From: an uncultured virus (IMG/VR IMGVR_UViG_3300021255_000006)
Lineage: Duplodnaviria; Heunggongvirae; Uroviricota; Caudoviricetes
Reading direction: 5' to 3' (one strand)
DNA length: 20,000 nt
IMG/VR virus record: IMGVR_UViG_3300021255_000006
Both the position numbers and the translations under genes were made by a program. Position 1 is the stretch's first letter; the number at the start of each line of letters is the position of its first letter. Below are positions 1 to 6,449 of this stretch, in pieces. The notes beneath the pieces were generated by a model. It had not been told where the DNA came from. It saw nothing but the letters and a program-made list of their open reading frames with translations, and made no database searches.

Positions 1-438
1 CTGAAGGACTTCCTCTGCTTCGCCCCTTGTGGTTATTACGATATCGTCAACAAGATAGCTAGAAGTACCAGCCTTTTTTCGAACAGGCTGCTGGGGCACG
101 GTTTGACCATTATAGTAGCTTCTATATGAAACTTGTCCGGCCGCAGTTCTAGGCCTTTGCTTTGTCCCACCGTCTTTGCCCCAGAGAGCCATGTCGACAA
201 CATTAGTCACTACATCCTGAGCGATTTTTCGAATCTCTGGATCAATGACCTCTTTTATGATATGATTCTTGATTGTTGCCGCATCTTCCTTTACTAAGGA
301 ATCAAGAATTTTAGCAAGTTTTCCCTTCTTCTTAGTTTTTACCGGAGATTTGACAACCTTATCAATCTTTTTTTCGGAAGATTCTTCAGCTTTAGTCTCC
401 ATTTTAGACTTCATCGAATTTGCTCTATAATCCTCCAC
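1..438 (-). CDS. Phage hypothetical protein, partial (runs off left edge); not in ORF track
   Basis: GTG start at 438 after RBS GAGGAGG; frame open to position 1: MEDYRANSMKSKMETKAEESSEKKIDKVVKSPVKTKKKGK...VSYRSYY...TRGEAEEVLQ. Confidence 0.85.
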   Translation of the reverse strand, partial: MEDYRANSMKSKMETKAEESSEKKIDKVVKSPVKTKKKGKLAKILDSLVKEDAATIKNHIIKEVIDPEIRKIAQDVVTNVVDMALWGKDGGTKQRPRTAAGQVSYRSYYNGQTVPQQPVRKKAGTSSYLVDDIVITTRGEAEEVLQ

Positions 439-448
439 AAACGCCTCC

Positions 449-931
449 TCATATTCTTATGATCGTGGCATTGCTATCAAGAAGATCGTCCAGTTTTTCA
501 GTAGCGTGATCCTTTAGCTCGTTAAGAATATCTTCTCTGAACTCGTCGAGGATATCGTCGAGATCCATGTGCTTGAGAAGTGACCTAACTTTAGATTTGA
601 CCATAGTTTCGACGTCGGTAGTTCTCTTGACATCTTCAATTACAGACATAACATTGGTAGATACTTCGTTCCGGATTTCGGCCTGAACTTTAGACTGCAC
701 ATTATTAACGATTTGGTTTGCTTTCTTTTCGGCAGCTTTTTTCACAGCATCTTCAGCCATGAACGTTGTGAATTTCTTCGCAACCTCGTCATCGCTGAGA
801 CCCGAGATATTGTCAACTGCTTTATCAACTGCTTTCTTCAATTTTGTAGCCTTAGAATCGGCGTCCGAAGCGATAAAGAATGCAATACCTGCTACAACAA
901 GAGCTGCAATGCCAACATATTTTTTGTACAT
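449..931 (-). CDS. Hypothetical protein, N-terminal TM/signal anchor plus helical/coiled-coil body
   Basis: 160 aa ORF, RBS AGGAGG, hydrophobic VGIAALVVAGIAFFIA. Confidence 0.85.
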   Translation of the reverse strand: MYKKYVGIAALVVAGIAFFIASDADSKATKLKKAVDKAVDNISGLSDDEVAKKFTTFMAEDAVKKAAEKKANQIVNNVQSKVQAEIRNEVSTNVMSVIEDVKRTTDVETMVKSKVRSLLKHMDLDDILDEFREDILNELKDHATEKLDDLLDSNATIIRI

Positions 932-940
932 AGTTACCTC

Positions 941-1132
941 CTATTTAACTATTTGGATTTTTCCTGGAAGAGTTATGACCGATGATGCCAATCTGTTATT
1001 CCTCTTTTTCCACTGGTACGCAAGATTGTTTCTGGCTTTTTTCTCGGTTTTAGCCATCGTCTCGCCATACCATCGATTTTCTACGAGACGACCAAACTCC
1101 ATTATCGGTCCTTCGTAAATATAATGATTCAT
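941..1132 (-). CDS. Small basic hypothetical protein (63 aa, MNHYIYEGPIMEFG...)
   Basis: Start moved to ATG 1132 (GAGG upstream); the longer ORF-track start runs through the terminator hairpin. Confidence 0.75.
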   Translation of the reverse strand: MNHYIYEGPIMEFGRLVENRWYGETMAKTEKKARNNLAYQWKKRNNRLASSVITLPGKIQIVK

Positions 1133-1145
1133 AAGAAACCTCATG

Positions 1146-1181
1146 AAAAACGAAGAGCCTGAGCATTTGCCCAGACTCTTC
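1146..1181 (-). terminator. Intrinsic terminator T1 (end of cassette 1)
   Basis: GAAGAGUCUGGGCA-AA-UGCUCAGGCUCUUC-GUUUUU; both DNA mismatches are G.U pairs on the minus-strand RNA. Confidence 0.85.
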
Positions 1182-1214
1182 AACATCGATTCCATATTCA
1201 GTTGTTATAGGATA

Positions 1215-1445
1215 TTATCCCCTTTTAAAGTATTCTCCGGTTACGGGCACTTCGGCATAGGCCTTCTTTTTTCTTCCGAACACTTTTTTAACGCCCTTCA
1301 CGATCAGCCCAACACCAAGGAGTGCCAGTCCACCAATGACTGCCATATCTCGTGTTGTCAGCTGTTCTCCGGTCTTCTTCTGTTCGTCGACAGTTGTTTC
1401 CTCTGCTGTTGTTACCTCGAATCCGTTTTTCATTTCTTCAGGCAT
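1215..1445 (-). CDS. Small single-pass membrane protein (cassette 1 cargo)
   Basis: 76 aa, RBS AAAGGAG, acidic N-terminus, TM MAVIGGLALLGVGLIV, basic tail. Confidence 0.85.
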   Translation of the reverse strand: MPEEMKNGFEVTTAEETTVDEQKKTGEQLTTRDMAVIGGLALLGVGLIVKGVKKVFGRKKKAYAEVPVTGEYFKRG

Positions 1446-1483
1446 AGTAATCTCCTTTCTTTTTGTTACCTGATTTACGGTTT

Positions 1484-1508
1484 CATAATATGCACTGTAT
1501 ATAGCGCG
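1484..1508 (-). promoter_or_regulatory. 25-bp cassette motif, copy 1
   Basis: CGCGCTATATACAGTGCATATTATG. Confidence 0.75.
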
Positions 1509-1514
1509 TATTAA

Positions 1515-2303
1515 TCAAAGATAATTTCCCCAAGAATCTTTAGGATGATCAGGTCGCTTATTAAACCCAACAACTAAAACAGGAATGTTCTCATATTCGC
1601 CGCTTCCAAGCGCACATGAAAATTCAGGTTCGAGCTTTGTGTTCTGAGGCCAACCGAGTTCTTTTGCATATTTGCATTCTAGGCCGTCATAAACTCCAGC
1701 TTGGTAATAATATTCATTTAAGTATACGAAATCGCTATAGCCACATTGATGAGTAATTTCATTCATGACACGCCATATGTGCTCAGAATTACTCCAGAAA
1801 TAATGTCCGGAAAACTCATCTTTGCATAACTGATTGCCCTTGCCACCAACCATGACAAATCCTGGCGGAGGTGGGTCTTTCTTTACACTGTTCTCTGCCG
1901 CTTTGGCATGTACTTCAGCCTCTTTTTTTTCTCCAAGTACTTCCTTAGCGGCCGTCCTGTATTCCTTAAGAGCTTCCTCCGATAGCGAGTATGCGGTCGC
2001 AAAGGCCGCAGCTCTCCTCGCAGTAGCTTTCTGCCCGCCGATAATAAGACAGCAGGCTAAAACAAAAATGATCAGTGAAGGCAGATAACACTGCCACGTA
2101 GCTTTAACAGTTTCAACAACAGTGAGGTCTTCTCCTTTTTCCTCCTTCTTTTCCTCAATGTTTTTTACTGCTTCTGGTGTTTTTTGAACTGCCCGAACAC
2201 CGGCGACAAAAGCAGCCGCCAGTCCGAAGCCCACGGCAAGCCATGGTCCGTTTGCTTTGACAAATGCCTTTCCGGCCGTCAAAAGCGTTTTCACTTTCAT
2301 CAA
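1515..2303 (-). CDS. DUF6353-like phage membrane protein
   Basis: Two hydrophobic segments, KTPEA, TWQCYLP, RRAAAFATAYSLSEEALKEYR and C-terminal LCKDEFSGHYF...LNEYY...LGW patterns, recognised by eye as DUF6353-like. Confidence 0.75.
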   Translation of the reverse strand: MMKVKTLLTAGKAFVKANGPWLAVGFGLAAAFVAGVRAVQKTPEAVKNIEEKKEEKGEDLTVVETVKATWQCYLPSLIIFVLACCLIIGGQKATARRAAAFATAYSLSEEALKEYRTAAKEVLGEKKEAEVHAKAAENSVKKDPPPPGFVMVGGKGNQLCKDEFSGHYFWSNSEHIWRVMNEITHQCGYSDFVYLNEYYYQAGVYDGLECKYAKELGWPQNTKLEPEFSCALGSGEYENIPVLVVGFNKRPDHPKDSWGNYL

Positions 2304-2343
2304 TTTTCTCCTTTCTTAAATATGAAGTGAATAGAAACAAAAA

Positions 2344-2425
2344 GAGAAGGTACTGTAGGAATCGAACCTACGTCTCTGTCGTTAGACAGCGCTTTCCCTC
2401 TAAGCTATTGTTAAGTACCTTTCTC
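2344..2425 (-). ncRNA. tRNA-like RNA with 4-nt anticodon loop (cassette 2 cargo)
   Basis: Acceptor AGGUACU/AGUACCU, D arm GCUU-AGAGGGA-AAGC, anticodon-position stem CUGUC-UAAC-GACAG, variable AGAC, T arm GUAGG-UUCGAUU-CCUAC; no CCA; followed by U-tract. Confidence 0.85.
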
Positions 2426-2450
2426 CATAACACACCTTGTTTATTTCGCG
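2426..2450 (-). promoter_or_regulatory. 25-bp cassette motif, copy 2
   Basis: CGCGAAATAAACAAGGTGTGTTATG; contains the TAA stop of 2441..2665. Confidence 0.8.
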
Positions 2451-2665
2451 TGTTTCTTAAACAGCTTATCAATGTCGTCTTTAGCGAGCTTCTTCGCAAT
2501 GGTATTAACTTTTTCAGATGTCATAATGTCTATAAGTTTTCCCGGATTGTGCGGAGAAAGCGTCATATCTGTTGCCATAGCAATGTATCCGAACATAGTA
2601 ACCCAATATTTAGTTGTAATCTTTGCGGTTACAAACGCTACAAGTGCATATTTTACGAATTTCAT
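2441..2665 (-). CDS. Hypothetical protein (74 aa)
   Basis: ORF with RBS AAAGGAG; hydrophobic N-terminus. Confidence 0.75.
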   Translation of the reverse strand: MKFVKYALVAFVTAKITTKYWVTMFGYIAMATDMTLSPHNPGKLIDIMTSEKVNTIAKKLAKDDIDKLFKKHAK

Positions 2666-2680
2666 AAATACTCTCCTTTC

Positions 2681-2980
2681 TTAGTACAAAGTATCAAGAA
2701 TCCAATCAGCAGTATCGGCAGCAACAGAAAACATATAGCCTGCATTTAAAGAATTACAAGCCGCCTTAGTCATTCTTTCTTTGAAATCTTCAATAACTTT
2801 TCGAGGCGGTTCGTCTTTTTCCAAAACTTCTTTTACTATTTGATTAAACGCATGATTTCTATAGCACGCTTGATAAAAATATTTTGGATTCGAAGCCTCG
2901 TTCGGGTCAGACAAATCGCCAGCTAATAATCCAAGCCCAAACAATGCCCGATTTTTTTGTATTCGTAGCTTCCCGGTCAT
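2681..2980 (-). CDS. Hypothetical protein (99 aa, MTGKLRIQ...)
   Basis: Start moved to ATG 2980 with RBS AGGAG, downstream of terminator T3. Confidence 0.75.
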   Translation of the reverse strand: MTGKLRIQKNRALFGLGLLAGDLSDPNEASNPKYFYQACYRNHAFNQIVKEVLEKDEPPRKVIEDFKERMTKAACNSLNAGYMFSVAADTADWILDTLY

Positions 2981-3000
2981 ATGCCGAACTCTCCTAAAAT

Positions 3001-3043
3001 ATAAAAGCAAGAGAGCTCAAAAACATCTTATGAACTCTCTTGC
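3001..3043 (-). terminator. Intrinsic terminator T3
   Basis: 13-bp stem GCAAGAGAGUUCA/UGAGCUCUCUUGC (one G.U) plus UUUUAU. Confidence 0.85.
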
Positions 3044-3052
3044 CGTTATTAA

Positions 3053-3166
3053 TTACTCTTCTTCTTTCTCATCAATGTTGCTGGAAATAACTTTACCAAT
3101 TTCGCCGATAGCCTGGATAATTGCTCCTACGACAATCATGGTCGTCCATCTACTCCATCTACTCAT
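3053..3166 (-). CDS. 37-aa peptide (cassette 3 cargo); not in ORF track
   Basis: RBS AAAGGAGGT; MSRWSRWTTMIVVGAIIQAIGEIGKVISSNIDEKEEE*; fills the space between motif and terminator. Confidence 0.8.
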   Translation of the reverse strand: MSRWSRWTTMIVVGAIIQAIGEIGKVISSNIDEKEEE

Positions 3167-3191
3167 GATGATACCTCCTTTCATAGTATTT

Positions 3192-3216
3192 CATTAGAGA
3201 CCCTGTTTATTCTGCG
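3192..3216 (-). promoter_or_regulatory. 25-bp cassette motif, copy 3
   Basis: CGCAGAATAAACAGGGTCTCTAATG; contains the TAA stop of 3207..3653. Confidence 0.8.
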
Positions 3217-3653
3217 TCTTCAAAGTTTTTGTATGGCTCATAAGGCATATCTATGGTGATTACTTCTTCGCCAGAAGACGTATGACCAAGTTTATGATTG
3301 AAGTCGATCCAATACACTCCGTCTTCCGGATACCACATCTTATTTTCATCTTCCGGTCTTCTATCAAGACCTAAGAAATCAGACCACATATGAGCATCGA
3401 CATCCGCACCCATTGTGTAATTGCGGTTCAAATGGTATTCAGCCTGTAAGACCTGCGATAAAGTAGCTTTGAAATGGCGTTTCGAAAAAGAATCATAGAA
3501 AAGTCTTATCGGGTCTTCTATTTTCGAATGAACTGACTGGGTTACATAATCTGTGAAATCGGCCGTCCAAATATCTTGAGGAAAGCACTGGTCTTTGATG
3601 ATTACGGGTTCGAGTTCATCGTTCATTGACGACTGAATGATCGATTCCAACAA
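3207..3653 (-). CDS. DUF6353-like C-terminal domain protein, lacking the TM region
   Basis: RBS AAAGGAGGT, TTG start; LFYDSFSKRHF...AEYHLNRN...WIDFNH...MPYEP parallels the C-terminal half of 1515..2303. Confidence 0.7.
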   Translation of the reverse strand: MLESIIQSSMNDELEPVIIKDQCFPQDIWTADFTDYVTQSVHSKIEDPIRLFYDSFSKRHFKATLSQVLQAEYHLNRNYTMGADVDAHMWSDFLGLDRRPEDENKMWYPEDGVYWIDFNHKLGHTSSGEEVITIDMPYEPYKNFEDAE

Positions 3654-3671
3654 TATCGCACCTCCTTTGAC

Positions 3672-3711
3672 AAAAAAGAAAAGCCCTCGATTCTATAAAG
3701 AACCAAGGGCT
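3672..3711 (-). terminator. Intrinsic terminator T4
   Basis: AGCCCUUGGUUCU-UUAU-AGAAUCGAGGGCU-UUUCUUUUUU; two G.U pairs. Confidence 0.85.
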
Positions 3712-3749
3712 CATTCACATAATCAAATATATCTTAATCTATTTTCAAC

Positions 3750-4088
3750 TTACTTCTTATCGTCAGTTACTTTCTTTTTCACTTCAGTTGCTTTGCCATT
3801 GTTCAGAAGCCCAGCCATCTCGAGCTTTGCCTTGATCTCACCGTACCTCTCACCGGTAGCCATGAATCCGATCTCAAGAACAGGGTGCTCGGTCTTCCCA
3901 TCAGCATCAAGAATTGTCGTGTCCTTAAGACAATTCAGAGGCTGATGTACTTTGTCGAGCAGCATGTCCAGAGTCGCATCTCTGTCATCCAGTTCGATGT
4001 AGATGGTTCTCTGCAGCTTAGTCTCTTCTTCCTGCCCTGCTTTGAACTCGTTGACTAAATCAAAAATTGTGTAAAATCTACGTTTCAT
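3750..4088 (-). CDS. Hypothetical protein (cassette 4 cargo, 112 aa, soluble)
   Basis: ORF with RBS GGAGGT. Confidence 0.85.
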   Translation of the reverse strand: MKRRFYTIFDLVNEFKAGQEEETKLQRTIYIELDDRDATLDMLLDKVHQPLNCLKDTTILDADGKTEHPVLEIGFMATGERYGEIKAKLEMAGLLNNGKATEVKKKVTDDKK

Positions 4089-4141
4089 TTCAATACCTCC
4101 ATAAATATAAAAATTGTTTATAAGTTTATAGTTCTCTTATG

Positions 4142-4166
4142 CATAAAGGGGATTGTTTATGTTGCG
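4142..4166 (-). promoter_or_regulatory. 25-bp cassette motif, copy 4
   Basis: CGCAACATAAACAATCCCCTTTATG; 2 nt after the stop of 4169..4525. Confidence 0.75.
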
Positions 4167-4168
4167 AA

Positions 4169-4525
4169 CTAAACTGGACAGTGGTCAAAGCATGTTTCCC
4201 ATGGCTGCCTTTTTATTGGTTTAAGTTTTAATGCCCACATCATCTGCCTTATAGTAACAGTTGGGTAAATGCCGTCTTTGGATATTCCGGCTTTCGCTTT
4301 AAAATATCCTGGAAATTTCGGGCTTCCGTACAGCATATTTCTATACGGATTTTCAATAGCAGACCACCATGTATGCTTTGTTATGGGATCGTAGTATTGT
4401 TGTATTACTGCTAATCCTAAGTTTCCATTTTTGTACAACGTACATTTGTGGTAGATTATATGATTACAATGATATGTCTCTCCAAACATAGGAACGGAAT
4501 CAAAGACCTCGCAGTGATAACGCAT
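4169..4525 (-). CDS. Hypothetical protein (118 aa, Cys/His/aromatic-rich)
   Basis: ORF with RBS GGAGGT just after terminator T5. Confidence 0.85.
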   Translation of the reverse strand: MRYHCEVFDSVPMFGETYHCNHIIYHKCTLYKNGNLGLAVIQQYYDPITKHTWWSAIENPYRNMLYGSPKFPGYFKAKAGISKDGIYPTVTIRQMMWALKLKPIKRQPWETCFDHCPV

Positions 4526-4540
4526 ATGACCTCCAAAACC

Positions 4541-4579
4541 AAAAAGGCCTTGTTAGAATTCTAAAACCCTAACAAGACC
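4541..4579 (-). terminator. Intrinsic terminator T5
   Basis: 15-bp stem GGUCUUGUUAGGGUU/AAUUCUAACAAGGCC (three G.U) plus UUUUU. Confidence 0.85.
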
Positions 4580-4595
4580 ATTTTTGTTGAATCAA

Positions 4596-5120
4596 TTAAC
4601 CCTTTCTAAACGGGTTGGGGAGTTGTCTTATTACAAGATCTTTAAATTTTCCAGATACTACCTTGTGCTCTTCGTAATCCAAACCGTACTTAAGTGCGGC
4701 GAATCCGCCAACAGTCCTTACTACTCCGCTAAGAGCCTCGACAGCAAGTCTCGCCATAAGCTGCTGATCAGAATGAATCCGATTAAGCTCTTCCAACTTT
4801 TCCTGAGCATCACGTTGATGAATCGCGTCAATTCGTCTCTGTTCTTCAAGTTCTTTCTGCAGTTTGATTTTCTCTGCATCCAGCTCTTTCTGAATCTTAA
4901 CTTTTTCGACTTCAAGCTCATGCTTCTTCACGTCAAGATCGTGTTTCTTTGTTGCAAGATCATTGTCAAACTTCATCTTTTCCAGCTTTGAAGACTCGCC
5001 GACAAGTCTCAATGCAGTTCCAGTACGAACCGCCTGCTTTCCCGCATCATTTTCTGCCAGTGCTTGTTTCAAAGCGTTCAAGGCATTTTTGTCAACTTGC
5101 TTAATAATCTCGTCTGTCAT
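4596..5120 (-). CDS. Coiled-coil protein (cassette 5 cargo, 174 aa)
   Basis: RBS AAGGAG; internal repeats KKHDLDV/KKHELEV and EKVKIQKELDA/EKIKLQKELEE. Confidence 0.85.
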   Translation of the reverse strand: MTDEIIKQVDKNALNALKQALAENDAGKQAVRTGTALRLVGESSKLEKMKFDNDLATKKHDLDVKKHELEVEKVKIQKELDAEKIKLQKELEEQRRIDAIHQRDAQEKLEELNRIHSDQQLMARLAVEALSGVVRTVGGFAALKYGLDYEEHKVVSGKFKDLVIRQLPNPFRKG

Positions 5121-5157
5121 ATCAATCTCCTTCCTTAATAGAACAAAATTATTGTTT

Positions 5158-5182
5158 CATATTAGCCCTTGTTTGTTTCGCT
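5158..5182 (-). promoter_or_regulatory. 25-bp cassette motif, copy 5
   Basis: AGCGAAACAAACAAGGGCTAATATG; contains the TAA stop of 5162..5428. Confidence 0.75.
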
Positions 5183-5428
5183 ATGCTGACGTACCTCAAC
5201 GACCATATAAACTTTATCTCCGTCCTTTTTCGACAAAATATCTTGCGTTAATTCGAGAGTTGTTGCAATAAATTCCCGTCCATCAACATGCAACACAAGA
5301 ACACCAATGTACTTTTCTTCGTGATCGGACTTATTAAAAGCTTTATGGTTTTTATATAATGTTATCCCGCTCCAAGCTCCAATAGAGGCTATCATAACAA
5401 AAAGCAATAAAAGTATTAACACATCCAT
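5162..5428 (-). CDS. Small N-terminally anchored membrane protein (88 aa)
   Basis: RBS AAAGGAG; VLILLLLFVMIASIGAWSGI. Confidence 0.85.
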   Translation of the reverse strand: MDVLILLLLFVMIASIGAWSGITLYKNHKAFNKSDHEEKYIGVLVLHVDGREFIATTLELTQDILSKKDGDKVYMVVEVRQHSETNKG

Positions 5429-5445
5429 GAGTAACTCCTTTCTAT

Positions 5446-5542
5446 AAAAAATAAAAAAAAATAAAAGGCTCGATGGGAGGACAGAACTCCATCGAGAAGG
5501 TAGCGTCTCTCAGCTACAACATTCGTCTCACTTACTTCCTTT
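5446..5542 (-). ncRNA. Candidate small structured RNA or minigene with terminator T6 (cassette 6 cargo)
   Basis: No ORF longer than 5 aa between motif 6 and U-tract; hairpins GUAGC-UGAGAGAC-GCUAC and CUCGAUGG-n12-CCAUCGAG-CC-UUUUAUUUUUUUU. Confidence 0.55.
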
Positions 5543-5567
5543 CATACTATGACTTGTTTATTTCGCG
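5543..5567 (-). promoter_or_regulatory. 25-bp cassette motif, copy 6
   Basis: CGCGAAATAAACAAGTCATAGTATG; first 15 nt identical to copy 2; abuts the U-tract of T7. Confidence 0.8.
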
Positions 5568-5568
5568 C

Positions 5569-5602
5569 AAAACGAAAAGGCTCTGTAAATATCTACAGAG
5601 CC
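5569..5602 (-). terminator. Intrinsic terminator T7
   Basis: GGCUCUGUAGAUAUUUACAGAGCC-UUUUCGUUUU. Confidence 0.85.
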
Positions 5603-5609
5603 AATCCGT

Positions 5610-5891
5610 TTACTCTTCGTTAAGTCGGACACAGTCATTCATAACATCCTGAATATCACCATAATAACAAAAACCATTATCTCTTACATAAACCTCTGGT
5701 AATCCGTCAAACTGCGATACACGCAGATACGGGACATACAAGTTTTTATACTCAACGGGGTTCTGCTGTTTCTTCTCATACAGTCTCCGGTGGTATACAT
5801 ACACCTGATCAAGTCCACGATCTGTGTTTTCGCTGTAGTGGATTCCTTCGGATTTAAGCCATTCAATAAAATCTTTTCTATTATCTATCAT
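5610..5891 (-). CDS. Hypothetical protein (cassette 7 cargo, 93 aa, soluble, Tyr-rich)
   Basis: ORF with RBS AAGGAGGTG. Confidence 0.85.
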   Translation of the reverse strand: MIDNRKDFIEWLKSEGIHYSENTDRGLDQVYVYHRRLYEKKQQNPVEYKNLYVPYLRVSQFDGLPEVYVRDNGFCYYGDIQDVMNDCVRLNEE

Positions 5892-5919
5892 GTTACACCT
5901 CCTTCATTCATGATGTGTC

Positions 5920-5944
5920 CATAATAGAATTTGTGCATCTAGCG
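5920..5944 (-). promoter_or_regulatory. 25-bp cassette motif, copy 7
   Basis: CGCTAGATGCACAAATTCTATTATG; contains the TAG stop of 5939..6361. Confidence 0.7.
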
Positions 5945-6361
5945 CACCCCACTGAGCACAAAATAAAACTTCCTCCGCCGGTCATAAAACATGTCTCGCT
6001 CACACGGAATACCATGCACGTTCTTCAACGTAACAAAAGTCAAGTTCTCGGTAACCGCTTTGAGAATATAACTGTACAGCTCTGAGTCGGCCGCCATAGC
6101 AGACTGTTCAACCATGCGCATGTAGTCGCTTAGCAGTTTCCTCTGTATGGCAATCTCTGCTGTTCGATCGGCTATTTTAGACGCGTTTACTCGCAAAATA
6201 TCAGTACTTCGAGAAGCCATTCCTACCGATCCCTCAAGCTCTGCCAGCTTCCGCTTCCACTCGGGATACTGCAAAGCAAAATATCTCAGCTCCAGATATC
6301 GGTATTTCGGCAGCCACCACTTACTAGATTTCGATAACTCCTTAGACAAAAAATCACCCAT
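5939..6361 (-). CDS. Probable RinA/ArpU-like phage transcriptional regulator
   Basis: Start at ATG 6361 (RBS AAGGAGG); YLELRYFALQYPEWK, DRTAEIAI and C-terminal HTH-like LTFVTLK..IPCERDMFYDRRRKFY. Confidence 0.6.
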   Translation of the reverse strand: MGDFLSKELSKSSKWWLPKYRYLELRYFALQYPEWKRKLAELEGSVGMASRSTDILRVNASKIADRTAEIAIQRKLLSDYMRMVEQSAMAADSELYSYILKAVTENLTFVTLKNVHGIPCERDMFYDRRRKFYFVLSGVR

Positions 6362-6449
6362 GATCAGGTCCTCCTTTTCGCTGGAGTTTAAACCTAGACA
6401 TGGGTGCATGAATATGGTATTTAGTTTGGGGCGAACTACTCTACTTTAC

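Noticed and set aside
2344..2425. Canonical decoding tRNA
   Set aside because: 4-nt anticodon loop, 8-nt acceptor-D linker and no CCA; no anticodon can be assigned
5500..5530. Hammerhead ribozyme or TPP riboswitch suggested by CUGAGA
   Set aside because: No CUGANGA/GAAA core and no remaining TPP consensus
1484..5944. Repeated motif as a CRISPR array
   Set aside because: Copies are degenerate, about 0.4-1 kb apart and separated by genes; no cas genes
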